Below, piece after piece: positions 1 to 9,702 of a DNA stretch of 64,000 nt (the first letter of the stretch is position 1; every line of letters starts with the position of its first letter). Both the position numbers and the translations under genes were made by a program. The stretch comes from Candidatus Bathyarchaeota archaeon (GTDB lineage Archaea; Thermoproteota; Bathyarchaeia; Bathyarchaeales; Bathycorpusculaceae), in contig CAWHDT010000005.1 of NCBI GenBank assembly GCA_963828195.1, positions 736,001 through 800,000 of the forward strand, written 5' to 3'. A model generated the notes under the pieces. It had not been told where the DNA came from and searched no databases. It was given only the letters and a program-made list of their open reading frames with translations.

Positions 1-688
1 ATTCTAGGGGTGCAGTCCACATTATGTGTGGGGTCATAGGTGCCGCGCCGCTTTCTTGTGTGAAGTATTCGTTGGCTGCTCCGCCTAACCAGTTAGATGC
101 GACTGAGACCCAGTTTTGGTTTTCCTGGTATATTGGTCGTGTCCAGTAGGCTGTTGGAAGTGGAGCGTAGCCGCCGTATGGTACAGTTGCTGATGGCGTT
201 TGTGTGACGGTGAATGTCTGTGAGGCGCTGCTTGGCTCATAAACGTCGCCGGCAGTTAATAGAACACCGGTTGTGGAAGTTGCGTTGACAGTCTGTACTT
301 GTCCTGGATAGCTGAAATACAATGTATAGTTTCCGACTTGGCTGGGTGTGAAGGTGAAGTCATATTCAGATCCTGGGTTAGAAACAAGAGGCACAAAAGT
401 GGTCACATTTGTTCCGTCGGGTTGAGTAATGACAAACGTGTAGTTTACGGCTCTGATTTCATTGGTGTAAGCTGCTCCGGATATCAGCGTATTAATCCAG
501 CCGAATATGAGCATTTGTTGGCCGACACCGCATGGGTTAGGTTCAACATCTGTAAACGCATAAGTTTCGAGAGTCCACGGAGGCGAGTGTGCACTAGCAG
601 ATGGTATTAAAGTCAATGTTCCTCCAATTGAAACTGTTAAAATTACTGCAATCATTATAGCCATGGCTTTAGTTTTTATATTTTGCAA
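1..688 (-). CDS. N-terminal part of a large secreted/surface protein (PQQ-like beta-propeller repeat type common in Bathyarchaeia); runs off the window edge
   Basis: Manual translation from TTG at 688 (AAGGAG upstream): MQNIKTKAMAIMIAVILTVSIGG signal peptide, then VEPNPCGVGQ...LPTAYWTRPI...SNWLG...PHIMWT; open to position 1. Not in the ORF track. Confidence 0.7.
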   Translation of the reverse strand, partial: MQNIKTKAMAIMIAVILTVSIGGTLTLIPSASAHSPPWTLETYAFTDVEPNPCGVGQQMLIFGWINTLISGAAYTNEIRAVNYTFVITQPDGTNVTTFVPLVSNPGSEYDFTFTPSQVGNYTLYFSYPGQVQTVNATSTTGVLLTAGDVYEPSSASQTFTVTQTPSATVPYGGYAPLPTAYWTRPIYQENQNWVSVASNWLGGAANEYFTQESGAAPMTPHIMWTAPLE

Positions 689-1000
689 TTTTTCTTTTCT
701 CCTTAAAGTCGATGGTCAACATCATCATCCGTGCGCTTATAAGACTAATAACTCAATTTCAGAAATGAAATTAGCGCAATACATGTTTCTAGTATGTACA
801 ATCCCTGCACACGCAAAAGTTGGCAGCAAAACAACTTGGTTATTTGAATTCAGGTTACGGGTCAATCGATTAAAGTCAATGAACACTTTGATGTCCAGAC
901 TGCTTCTACTTCCCGAAATACCAAACGCTTTTTTATTCCACTTTTTAACTTTAAATTATGGTTTAAGGTTACTTGTTAATTAACAAAATTTCAATCAAGG

Positions 1001-2011
1001 TTGAAATTTTTGAAAAACAAGAAACACAACTATGAGGAAACGTTAAGGATAGGTCTTAGGCTATACCGTGGATTAATTTTAAACTCGTTCGGAAGTAAGG
1101 CTCCATTGTTTGGAGGACACAAGTTAACTTATAACTGTAACCTTAAGTGTAAAATGTGTCCCTTCTGGAGAAGATCCAGCGAAAACTTAAGCACCCGAAA
1201 AGAAAAAGAAATTCTAAAACAACTCTACGATTCAGGCGTTTGCGCTGTTGGGTTTGAAGGTGGGGAACCGCTTTTGAGAAAAGATTTGCCTGAAATTCTT
1301 GCTTATTCGCGCTCTCTGCCGCTACATACCAGCATCATCACTAACGGGACACTCCTCAAATCAAGGGTAGATGAAATAGCGCCATACGTCAACGGCATGG
1401 TCTTTGTTTCATTGGATGGGTTGGAGAAAACTCATGACCGCATAAGAGGCGTAGATGGCTGTTTCAAAAGAGCAATAGAGGGCTTAACAGCCGCCAAAAA
1501 CAAGGTTTCCATAACAATCAACACGACCATAATGGCAGATAACTTTTATGAAGTGGAAGATTTGGTGAAATTGGCAAGGGAGTTAGGGGTAAAAATAGTT
1601 TTTTCCGTGGCGCACGAGTATCATGACATTGATGAATCTGCACCTAAAGCCGACGAAATCAAAAAAGTTGCTAAGCAGCTTATTGAATTAAAAAAGAAAG
1701 ACTATCCTATTATGAATTCAACTAATTATTTTAAGGTGATAGCTAAAGAAAAAAACTGGAGATGCAAGCCTTGGTCGGTTGTCAATATTGGAACGGATGG
1801 TCGGTTGGTTCTGCCGTGCTACGTTCATAATCAGTACGAGACGAGCGCATCTGTTTTTGAGAACAGTATCAAAGCTGCTTCCTCAAGTTTTGACTGGAAA
1901 ATAACGGATAACTGTGTAAAATGCAATCTTCACTGTTATGTTGAGCCTTCTTTGGTGCTTTCATGGGATTTACGGAGCTGGATAGACTGGATTTTCCCAG
2001 TTAAACCGTGA
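1001..2011 (+). CDS. Radical SAM protein with C-terminal Cys cluster (PTO1314-like)
   Basis: CNLKCKMC motif, GGEPLLR, ITNG, VSLDG; C-terminal CKPW...PC...CVKCNLHC. Confidence 0.8.
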   Translation: MKFLKNKKHNYEETLRIGLRLYRGLILNSFGSKAPLFGGHKLTYNCNLKCKMCPFWRRSSENLSTRKEKEILKQLYDSGVCAVGFEGGEPLLRKDLPEILAYSRSLPLHTSIITNGTLLKSRVDEIAPYVNGMVFVSLDGLEKTHDRIRGVDGCFKRAIEGLTAAKNKVSITINTTIMADNFYEVEDLVKLARELGVKIVFSVAHEYHDIDESAPKADEIKKVAKQLIELKKKDYPIMNSTNYFKVIAKEKNWRCKPWSVVNIGTDGRLVLPCYVHNQYETSASVFENSIKAASSSFDWKITDNCVKCNLHCYVEPSLVLSWDLRSWIDWIFPVKP

Positions 2012-2092
2012 AAAGATGAATTTTCATGCGTCTATGGATTATTCCTCCATATCTACTAATACACCAGAAAATTATAATTAGGTAATAGGTAT

Positions 2093-3565
2093 GTGATGAG
2101 AAAAGCGTTTTTGAATGCATTCTTGATAGCTCTGATGCTTAGCGGATTGGCTCTTGTCAGCAGTGCGCATTTTGGAAGGGCTCAAAGCGTAATAAACACC
2201 GGCGGCACAATTAGTTCTGACACCATGTGGACGCAAGATAACAGTCCATACACCCTTACGGGAAACTTGCTTGTAAGCAACGGAGCAACCTTAACCATCG
2301 CCGCAGGAGCAACAGTGAATCTTGACAACTACTATATAATGGTGAATGGAACGCTCGTTGTGTTAGGCTCTAATTACAGATCAATTTACATCAGCGAGGG
2401 GCAGATTATTTTTACCCAATTCAGCACTGGGTGGAGCGAGTTGACAGGTACCGGCTGCATAATCGAGAATGCCACACTTTATCAAACCTCAATATCCGAC
2501 ACAAACTCATTAAATATAAATAATGATTACATTACAGGCGGAATCACTGTTGCCTCATCTTCTGCAATTTCAAATAGCGCCATAACAGGAGATGTTGACG
2601 GCGGATTAATTTTGGGCAACACCATCAACGGCGAAGTTAGCGGTTCCACAATTTTAAATAACACCATCACGGGAGGAGTCGTGGGCAACGTGATTTCAAA
2701 TAACATTATTGTAGGAGGGATCACCGCCAGCGGCAATGATGTTATCTCAAACAATACAATTACAGGCGGGCTCCCGAATTCCGGTAACGGCATCTTTTTG
2801 AGCTCGCAGTTCCTTGGAAGCAGCGGTTTTCCCGTAATCCAAAACAACGTGATAGAAAACGTGACTGTAGGTGTATGCACCAACGTTTTCGTTGAGGCTC
2901 TTTTCAGCGTCAACATTCCGCTGGTGCAAAACAACATAATTGCCGAAAACTCGGTGGGGATAGAGTTCAGCATTTACACTTCAGAGCTGAATGCAACCGT
3001 GGCTTCAACATCAATTCAAAATAACACAATTGCCAACAATGGCGTTGGAATTGAGTTGACGGGTTCCCCTTTAACATGCATAATTCAATACAACAACATA
3101 GAGGCCAACTCAAACTACAGTCTTTATTTAAGCAGCCCAGACAACGTTAACGCAACTTACAATTGGTGGGGAACAAACGATGCGGACGCCATCAACCAGA
3201 CAGTTGACTTCACCTCAGGCACAGTTACTTTCGCGCCCTTCTTGATAGCACCAAACACCCAAGCCTCACCAAATCCAAACGCTCCAAATCCCACGCCAGC
3301 CCCAGTCTCTACTCCGTCGCCAACTCCATCGCCCACCCCGACGCCAACTTTGCCGCCTGAGCCAAGCGCATCCCCCACTGCAAACCCATCGCTCACCTCG
3401 ACGGCGCCTTCCGTTGCGTCGGTACAGCAACCCACATTGCTGTTTCCAGTTGAGTTGACCGTTGTAGCAATGGCAATTGTAATCTTGGCAGTTGCAATTG
3501 TCGCGTTCATGCTGGGGAAAAAAGCAGAGCGAAACAGCCCCCATGCGGCAGACTTCCAAATATAA
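2093..3565 (+). CDS. Secreted right-handed parallel beta-helix protein with Pro/Thr linker and C-terminal membrane anchor
   Basis: Signal peptide, WTQDNSPY, many IxNNxI repeats, NATYNWWG, PTPSPTP linker, hydrophobic C-terminal helix. Confidence 0.8.
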   Translation: MMRKAFLNAFLIALMLSGLALVSSAHFGRAQSVINTGGTISSDTMWTQDNSPYTLTGNLLVSNGATLTIAAGATVNLDNYYIMVNGTLVVLGSNYRSIYISEGQIIFTQFSTGWSELTGTGCIIENATLYQTSISDTNSLNINNDYITGGITVASSSAISNSAITGDVDGGLILGNTINGEVSGSTILNNTITGGVVGNVISNNIIVGGITASGNDVISNNTITGGLPNSGNGIFLSSQFLGSSGFPVIQNNVIENVTVGVCTNVFVEALFSVNIPLVQNNIIAENSVGIEFSIYTSELNATVASTSIQNNTIANNGVGIELTGSPLTCIIQYNNIEANSNYSLYLSSPDNVNATYNWWGTNDADAINQTVDFTSGTVTFAPFLIAPNTQASPNPNAPNPTPAPVSTPSPTPSPTPTPTLPPEPSASPTANPSLTSTAPSVASVQQPTLLFPVELTVVAMAIVILAVAIVAFMLGKKAERNSPHAADFQI

Positions 3566-3769
3566 ATTCAGATACTTTGCTTAACTAATCACCTTTCAGG
3601 CCGTTTAGGATTAGCAGATTTTCTTGAAGCCCATTTGTTTTAGGCATCTTTTTTCTATTTGGGAAATGCATTTTAACTTAATATCTTTGTACTATGAAGC
3701 GTTGGCTGGACGAAGGCTGCGTTTGAATGAAAATTAAGTATTCCTCAAGGTTCAGGTAGGTTATTTGCT

Positions 3770-4312
3770 GTGCCTACTCGAAACGCGATAGAGCATGTTG
3801 CAATGCGAGTTTTTCGCTTATTCAGTAAACTAGGTTTAACGGGGATTGTGCATTTGGTCGCTGAGAAGGGAACATTTTTGGAGTATTTTAAGGGCTTTGA
3901 GAAAAACCCTGCTGTTCGCGGGATCTTTGGGGAAGAAACAGAGGAAGTTCTAAAGAACCTGAAGATGGATTTCATCGCTTTTGGCTACATGGGTGTCAAC
4001 GACAAAGATGGGCACTTGTTGGTGAATAAGCGTTACTTGAGCAGCGGCAGCAAAGTAGACATTTATCTTGATGTCATTCATGAACTCTGCCATGTGAAGC
4101 AGCACATGGAAGGCAGAGAACTTTTTGATCCGCGATACGATTACGTGGATAGACCAACAGAAATTGAAGCCTACCGCTACGCCGTGCAGGAAGCCAAACG
4201 CATTGGACTAAACGCAGCAAGTATAAGGCAGTATCTAACAGTTGAATGGATGAGCGACGAAGTTTTGGACAGGCTAATAAGGAACATGGGTGTTAACCTT
4301 GAAGAACCCTAA
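3770..4312 (+). CDS. Hypothetical HExxH zincin-like protein
   Basis: DVIHELCHVKQ plus downstream RPTEIEAY. Confidence 0.6.
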   Translation: MPTRNAIEHVAMRVFRLFSKLGLTGIVHLVAEKGTFLEYFKGFEKNPAVRGIFGEETEEVLKNLKMDFIAFGYMGVNDKDGHLLVNKRYLSSGSKVDIYLDVIHELCHVKQHMEGRELFDPRYDYVDRPTEIEAYRYAVQEAKRIGLNAASIRQYLTVEWMSDEVLDRLIRNMGVNLEEP

Positions 4313-4821
4313 TTTTCGCTCCACTGCAAAATTTTCTGTACATTTTTTGTAAACTTAAAGATGTATTCATCCATGGTTTCGAAATTTTTCTCAGACGCCC
4401 CAGTGCACTCCCGCAAAGATTTGAAAATAACCAAATCTAATTTACTATGCTCGAGATAAGTTTCTTTGCTATACGGCAGGCGAAGGGAAAAAGGGTTTAT
4501 GCTTCCTTCTATAGCGGTTTTTCCTCAACCTTTCTTGGGCACGATTCCCCTTGTGGGCATAACGAATAAGTTGGGCACTGTTATGACCCCTCAATTCTCT
4601 GAACCTAAAAAATCGATTCTTAGCTCTACCCCTAACCTTCTGCACCTGTTTTCTTCGCCAATGCGCATTTTATTTTTTTAACGCTCATTACTCGTACGCC
4701 TAAGCAAATAACTTGATTTATCCTTAATTTTGTTTAATAGATATTGCTTAAAGATTTTGTCCTCCAGTTCACTAGATAATTTATAGCTAAGAATATTCTT
4801 ACTCCACAGTGGCGAGGGCAA

Positions 4822-5082
4822 ATGGAAGCAGCCACAACCAAGGTTTCCTCCAAGGGACAGATAATCATTCCTGCAAACGTGCGAAAAGCCGCCAGCTTAA
4901 AAAAAGGCGAAAGGATTTCGGCAATAGCAATAGATGACACTATTGTTTTGAAAAAAATAGTTGACAGGCCATTTGAGGAAACCATGAAACCAGTTTGGGC
5001 TAAAGTTCGGCAGATCGGCCTTGCGGAGGAAGACATAAACGCCCTCATCGACGAAGCGAAAACCAAAGATAGTTTTCTTTAG
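4822..5082 (+). CDS. AbrB/MazE/SpoVT family DNA-binding protein (orphan antitoxin-like)
   Basis: TKVSSKGQIIIPANVRK signature. Confidence 0.85.
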   Translation: MEAATTKVSSKGQIIIPANVRKAASLKKGERISAIAIDDTIVLKKIVDRPFEETMKPVWAKVRQIGLAEEDINALIDEAKTKDSFL

Positions 5083-5096
5083 GCACTTGACGTTAT

Positions 5097-5573
5097 TTAT
5101 TGACCAATTTGGATAATTTTAACATTGACTGTTCCATTACATGCCAGTTGATAGCTTGTTACATTGCCTGGAACAATGAAATTGAACTGCATTGAAGTGT
5201 CATAGCCAGACGCGCCGTAGAGATTTCTCGCTAATTGAAAAGTTCCAGTAAAATTAGCAAGGCATATATTTGTTAGTGGCTGCCCGTTTGTTGCAACATA
5301 GAAGTCAGTCTCGTTTAATATCACAGGCTTGGAAGAGCTCATTTCAGTGTTGATTATTATACTTGTAGCCCATCCATAATATGAATCATAATAGTAATGT
5401 GCACTGTTTTCTGATATGTAATAACTCTGAGTTGGTTGGCCAGGGGAGTTTGAACAAGTTACGATTACTGATGGTTTACTATTACTACTTAACGTTTGAA
5501 AAACTATCACACCACTTGTTACAACAAGTACACAAATTATAGCTATAATTAATGTGAGTAGTTTCTTATTCAT
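5097..5573 (-). CDS. Hypothetical membrane-anchored exported protein
   Basis: N-terminal KK plus hydrophobic helix; several N-x-S/T sequons. Confidence 0.6.
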   Translation of the reverse strand: MNKKLLTLIIAIICVLVVTSGVIVFQTLSSNSKPSVIVTCSNSPGQPTQSYYISENSAHYYYDSYYGWATSIIINTEMSSSKPVILNETDFYVATNGQPLTNICLANFTGTFQLARNLYGASGYDTSMQFNFIVPGNVTSYQLACNGTVNVKIIQIGQ

Positions 5574-5797
5574 TTTTCAAACGCTCGTTATCGCTTAGTA
5601 GGTTGGTTTCTTTTTAAAACTTACCCTTCTAGTGCATCCTCAATTATCTGTCAGCACTTAAAAGTTTAAGCCAACCCAACAAATAAGAATAGATTCTTTG
5701 GAATAATCCAATTCTGAAATATGCCTTTTAAGCCTTAGAAGCAACTTACTTATTCAAGGAGAATCTTGCAGAGTTTTGCGGAAGGCTTCAGATTCCA

Positions 5798-5998
5798 ATG
5801 TCAGCATTTGATAACCTTATAAAAATGTTGAAGCATCAGGGCTTCGTACTCTGGAAACATAAAATGACCCCAGATTCTGTTTTGGTGAAGTTGGCGAGCA
5901 TTAAACCTGGAAAGAGCGAAGTGATTTCTCTTCGATTCGATAAAATACAAGCAGAATCAGCAAAAATCAAAAACTACGTCTTTTACGGCTACGATTAA
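5798..5998 (+). CDS. Small hypothetical protein
   Basis: 66-aa ATG ORF filling the gap; no motif recognised. Confidence 0.35.
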   Translation: MSAFDNLIKMLKHQGFVLWKHKMTPDSVLVKLASIKPGKSEVISLRFDKIQAESAKIKNYVFYGYD

Positions 5999-6014
5999 AG
6001 AGCCCTTTACTTTT

Positions 6015-6395
6015 TTAAACGACGAATTCAACGCCTTCTAACGCCTTGAACCATTTATCCCCCGTTAAAAATTTCACTTTCATTTTTAATGCAAGATAGT
6101 ATCCAAGAGCATCAGCGTAAGATATGTCACAGCCTTTTTTCTTTAGCTGTAATCTCAGCTTTATTGAACCTTCAATTTCATCCATTCCAAAGTCAACCGC
6201 GTATTTGGCAAACACTTTAACTACCTGAGAAGCGGCTTCTGCTCCATGAAGCTCAAGAGTTCGGTAAGATATTTCCACTAAATTCAGCTTGGTCAAAAAA
6301 CCGTCGTGTTCTTCAAAATAAATCCTGTAATTTGGGTTATCGCTAAGATAAGCCAAAACAGCATAGCTATCGTAGAAGAATCTTGCTTTCTGCAA
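6015..6395 (-). CDS. vapC: PIN-domain VapC-type toxin
   Basis: FFYDSYAVLAY, NLVE, ISYADALG, FLTGDKWF; directly follows an AbrB antitoxin. Confidence 0.85.
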   Translation of the reverse strand: MQKARFFYDSYAVLAYLSDNPNYRIYFEEHDGFLTKLNLVEISYRTLELHGAEAASQVVKVFAKYAVDFGMDEIEGSIKLRLQLKKKGCDISYADALGYYLALKMKVKFLTGDKWFKALEGVEFVV

Positions 6396-6602
6396 TTATT
6401 CCCAGCCGCGTTTCATTTCGTCCTTTTCATGTTGCAGGTCTTTAAAGGGGTATTTGCCTCGAAGGGCTCGCACGTCCGATATTTTTCTAACAGTGATTTC
6501 TACCTCTTCCCCCTCTTTAAGACCCTCTTCGTCAACCAAAGCCTTCGGAAGCACTATTCCCAGCGAGTTTCCCCAGCACTTAACTTTCGCCTTCGCATTC
6601 AT
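6396..6602 (-). CDS. vapB: AbrB/MazE-type antitoxin (VapB)
   Basis: KVKCWGNSLGIVLPK signature; ATG at 6602 preferred over the track start at 6626. Confidence 0.85.
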   Translation of the reverse strand: MNAKAKVKCWGNSLGIVLPKALVDEEGLKEGEEVEITVRKISDVRALRGKYPFKDLQHEKDEMKRGWE

Positions 6603-6664
6603 AATTATACAAGTATAACTAACCACCGTTAAACCTTTTGCAGCTTTCCAAATAAAAGCAATTC

Positions 6665-6682
6665 TGGCAGGCCCGATGGGAT
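6665..6682 (-). repeat. Duplicated 3' end of tRNA-Arg (att-like direct repeat)
   Basis: tggcaggcccgatgggat (6665-6682) vs tggcgggcccgatgggat (9681-9698): 17/18 identical, same orientation. Confidence 0.75.
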
Positions 6683-6783
6683 GCGCTTAATTATCAGACT
6701 GCGTCAAAACTCAGCGCTAAAGCCTAAAAGCATCTATCCCTCAAGCTATTGCTCGGAATCCTTTGTCACTTGTTTTCGCTTTT

Positions 6784-8256
6784 TTATGACTTCACCAAGC
6801 TTATTAGCATTCCAACTCCAAGAATGTTGATGACTCTTCTCATATTGTAAGCCAGCATCGTGAATCCGACCTCTCCGTTCACCTTCCTCAGGCCTTTGAG
6901 CAACAGGTATGCCTGATTGAACGCCCTTTTCATCGTGCCGAACGGGTGCTCGACAATCTCCTTTCTCCTCTTGAGCTTGCCAGATCCCTCATCGCTCTTG
7001 AGCCTCGCCCTGAGCCTGTCGATGACATCCTGATACTCCGACCTGAAAATTATCCTGCCCTGCTTGCTCCTCGTACATCTGCTCCTGAGAGGACATGCGG
7101 CGCACGCTGCTGTCCTGTATAGCCTGCCGCGGTTCTTCCATCTGCCCTTCCAGAAGCCCATCACCTGATTGGCGGGACAGACGTATACGTCTCTGAGAGG
7201 ATCATACGCAAATCTTTGCGAGTAGAATTCAGGCGCTGGTACTCCCAACTTCTTGTTGGGCATGGTCTCTTCCGGTATGGCGACGTATGCGGTTATCCCA
7301 TTCTCCTCACATTTCTTCAGCTCACTCCCTGTACAGAATCCCTTGTCTGCCGTAACATCCAGCTTCTCCACCTCCAGAATCATCTTCGCTTTCTGAGCCA
7401 TTCCTGCGAGTTGGTACCTGTCGTTGGCGTCATTTGTGATGTCGTAATCGACCACAAGGTGGTTCTTGGAGTCTACTGCAGACTCAACATTGTAACAGAC
7501 ATCCAACTTCTGACTGTCGGTCATCATCAGTCTGCTGTCAGGGTCGGTGAGGGAGACCTCCTTCTGCCCTGTCTCCATCATCAAATTCTGAGACCGGACA
7601 TACTCCTGCTTCTTCTCTTCAAGCTCGGCGAGCTTCTCCCTTAACCTGTCGATCTTCACAGCGGCGGTACTGCTATCATCGTCCTTAACCTCCTGTTCAG
7701 CCTCGTCGTTCTCCTCCAAGTTCTTCAGGTACTGAGCTATCTTATCTTCGACGCGCTTCAACCTCTCTGGTAACGTCTTCTCGTTGAGGTTCCTCTTTGT
7801 GGAGTTCACGGCCTTGAACTTGCTCCCGTCTATGGCGACGAGCTGGGCATCGTAGAGATCTAGTGAGCGGCAGAGGTAGACGAACTCCTTGAACACGGGT
7901 TTGATGCAGCCGACGTTGTCTTTGCGGAAGTCAGCGATGGTTTTATGGTCAGGGGTGAGTTTCTTCATTAGCCACATCACTTCAACGTTTCTGTGGCATT
8001 CTCTTTCGAGTTTTCGGCTTGACCTTATCTGATTCAGGTAGCCGTAGACATACAGCTTGAGCAAGTCTGATGGGTTGTAGGGCGGTCTTCCTTCCTCGTT
8101 TGGGATGGAGTGTTTGAAGCCGAGCTTTTCCAAATTGAGGCTGTCGATGAAAGCGTCTATGAACCTGACTGGATTTTCCCTGTCAACGTAGTCATCAAGT
8201 TTGTCTGGGAAGAGTACGGTTTGGTCTCGGTGTGTTCCGTTTATGTGCTCGCTCAT
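6784..8256 (-). CDS. IS1182-family DDE transposase
   Basis: GRPPYNP, SSRKLE, PDHKTIADFR, AIDGSKFKA, TDPDSRLM, ADKGF, YVCPA, RRKEIVEHPFGTMK, LAYNMRR. Confidence 0.95.
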   Translation of the reverse strand: MSEHINGTHRDQTVLFPDKLDDYVDRENPVRFIDAFIDSLNLEKLGFKHSIPNEEGRPPYNPSDLLKLYVYGYLNQIRSSRKLERECHRNVEVMWLMKKLTPDHKTIADFRKDNVGCIKPVFKEFVYLCRSLDLYDAQLVAIDGSKFKAVNSTKRNLNEKTLPERLKRVEDKIAQYLKNLEENDEAEQEVKDDDSSTAAVKIDRLREKLAELEEKKQEYVRSQNLMMETGQKEVSLTDPDSRLMMTDSQKLDVCYNVESAVDSKNHLVVDYDITNDANDRYQLAGMAQKAKMILEVEKLDVTADKGFCTGSELKKCEENGITAYVAIPEETMPNKKLGVPAPEFYSQRFAYDPLRDVYVCPANQVMGFWKGRWKNRGRLYRTAACAACPLRSRCTRSKQGRIIFRSEYQDVIDRLRARLKSDEGSGKLKRRKEIVEHPFGTMKRAFNQAYLLLKGLRKVNGEVGFTMLAYNMRRVINILGVGMLISLVKS

Positions 8257-8462
8257 GGTTGTTCGCTTTCCTTGTTGTCAGTTTCCGCGGTTGGTTGCCA
8301 GGGCTCGTTTGTTATGATGAGGTAGGCGGTTTTTCCGAGGTATTCCTTTGGGCAGGTTACTTTGGCGCCAGTTCCGTGAGGAGTGACTTTTCTCTTGACG
8401 AAGCCGACGATTCCTTTCACAGTTAGCTCGTTGGTGGTTTGAAAATTAACTTTCCTTGGCAT
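8253..8462 (-). CDS. DUF2080-like transposase-associated small protein
   Basis: RKVTPHGTGAKVTCPKEYLGKTAYLII; lies inside the IS and overlaps the transposase start. Confidence 0.75.
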   Translation of the reverse strand: MPRKVNFQTTNELTVKGIVGFVKRKVTPHGTGAKVTCPKEYLGKTAYLIITNEPWQPTAETDNKESEQP

Positions 8463-8622
8463 AGTGCTCTATTAGAGCTATTACGTATTTATGTTTATTG
8501 CTCCCTCAAAAATCTATGGAGTTTTCGCACAGTCTGTTATTTAAGCGAATCCCTGAATGAGATCCTGAAAACTAGAAGAAACCTTATCCTCATCGATGAT
8601 TGTATAGACAGGAGGAATCATT

Positions 8623-8970
8623 ATGCTAGGAAATGAAGACAGCCTGGTAGTGTTATGGTCAAGTGGAGATAAAGAAGTCGCTCTTAAAATGGTTTTCATG
8701 TATACTCTAAACTCAAAACTGAGAAACTGGTGGAGTGAGGTTCGTCTGATTATTTGGGGGCCTTCTGCAAGGTTATTAAGTGAAGATAAAGATCTTCAAG
8801 ATGAGCTACAAAAGATGAAGAATGCAGGGGTTATCTTGGAAGCTTGTAAAGCCTGCGCAGACAAATATGGAGTTTCGCAGCATCTTGAACAGTTAGGCAT
8901 AGAAGTTAAGTACATGGGTCAACCATTAACAGACTACATTAAGTCAGGAAAAAAGATAATCACCTTCTAA
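8623..8970 (+). CDS. DsrE-family protein
   Basis: WWSEVRLIIWGPSA, LEACKACADKYG; AGGAGG RBS. Confidence 0.8.
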   Translation: MLGNEDSLVVLWSSGDKEVALKMVFMYTLNSKLRNWWSEVRLIIWGPSARLLSEDKDLQDELQKMKNAGVILEACKACADKYGVSQHLEQLGIEVKYMGQPLTDYIKSGKKIITF

Positions 8971-9030
8971 AATCCGTGTGCTGACCATTATTATGGAGAT
9001 CTGTAACTAGATATTTACTAGGGCGATTTT

Positions 9031-9702
9031 ATGAAAATAAGAATTAAGATGTTTTCAGATTATATTTGCCCCTTTTGTTATCTTGGCAAAGCAATTATTG
9101 ATAAACTTAAGAATCGATTTGATATTGAACTTGAACATGTTGGAATTGAAATTCATCCAGAAACTCCCATCAGCGGTGTTGATTTAAGAAAATGGTTTTC
9201 TGAAACGAGTGAGATGTATGAACATTTGAGGAGAAGAGGCAAAGAGTATGGTCTGAACTTTTGTGATATTAAGATACTCCCCAATTCAAGAAAATCTCTG
9301 ATTGTGGGTGAATATTCAAGAAAAATTGGCAAGAATGAAGAATTTACGAATGAAATATTCAAAGCCTATTTTGAAGACTGCCTGAACATTGGAAAAGAAG
9401 AGGTCATCATCGAAGTGGCTAAAAATATTGGTTTGACAAAACAAGATGTTGAAAACGCTTTGGAAGATCTTTTGTACCAAAAGAGATTCGCAAATAACTG
9501 CCTTGACGCCAGAAAACACAATGTTACAGGTGTTCCAACGTTTATCATAAATGATAAATACTCGATAATAGGTGCCCAGCAAGAACAAACGTTTATAGAA
9601 CTATTAGAAAAAATAGAGAAAGAAACTAACAAAATAGCGAATTTTCCTAAGGATTCTTTTAATACATTAAGTGAATCCAATGGCGGGCCCGATGGGATTT
9701 GA
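9031..9702 (+). CDS. DsbA/FrnE-family thiol-disulfide oxidoreductase
   Basis: SDYICPFCYLG, VTGVPTFIIN, IIGAQ; 3' end runs into the tRNA 3' end. Confidence 0.9.
   Translation: MKIRIKMFSDYICPFCYLGKAIIDKLKNRFDIELEHVGIEIHPETPISGVDLRKWFSETSEMYEHLRRRGKEYGLNFCDIKILPNSRKSLIVGEYSRKIGKNEEFTNEIFKAYFEDCLNIGKEEVIIEVAKNIGLTKQDVENALEDLLYQKRFANNCLDARKHNVTGVPTFIINDKYSIIGAQQEQTFIELLEKIEKETNKIANFPKDSFNTLSESNGGPDGI

Larger units (their letters stand above)
6695..8536 (-). mobile_element. Complete IS1182-family insertion sequence with passenger ORF
   Basis: Terminal IRs cagactgcgtcaaaactc (6695-6712) and gagttttcgcacagtctg (8519-8536), 15/18 complementary; TTAT duplicated at 6691-6694 and 8537-8540. Confidence 0.92.

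Noticed and set aside
299-983. Plus-strand ORFs 299-610 and 663-983
   Set aside because: Shadows of the minus-strand secreted protein gene and its promoter region; no motifs.
3260-3400. Low-complexity repeats here and at about 10150-10270
   Set aside because: Explained by Pro/Thr linker codons, not independent DNA repeats.
4309-4530. Start-less open frame on the minus strand
   Set aside because: No plausible start or recognisable family; may be debris but cannot be supported.
5798-5998. Possible HicA toxin (LIKMLKHQGF start)
   Set aside because: Lacks the GSH motif and has no HicB partner.
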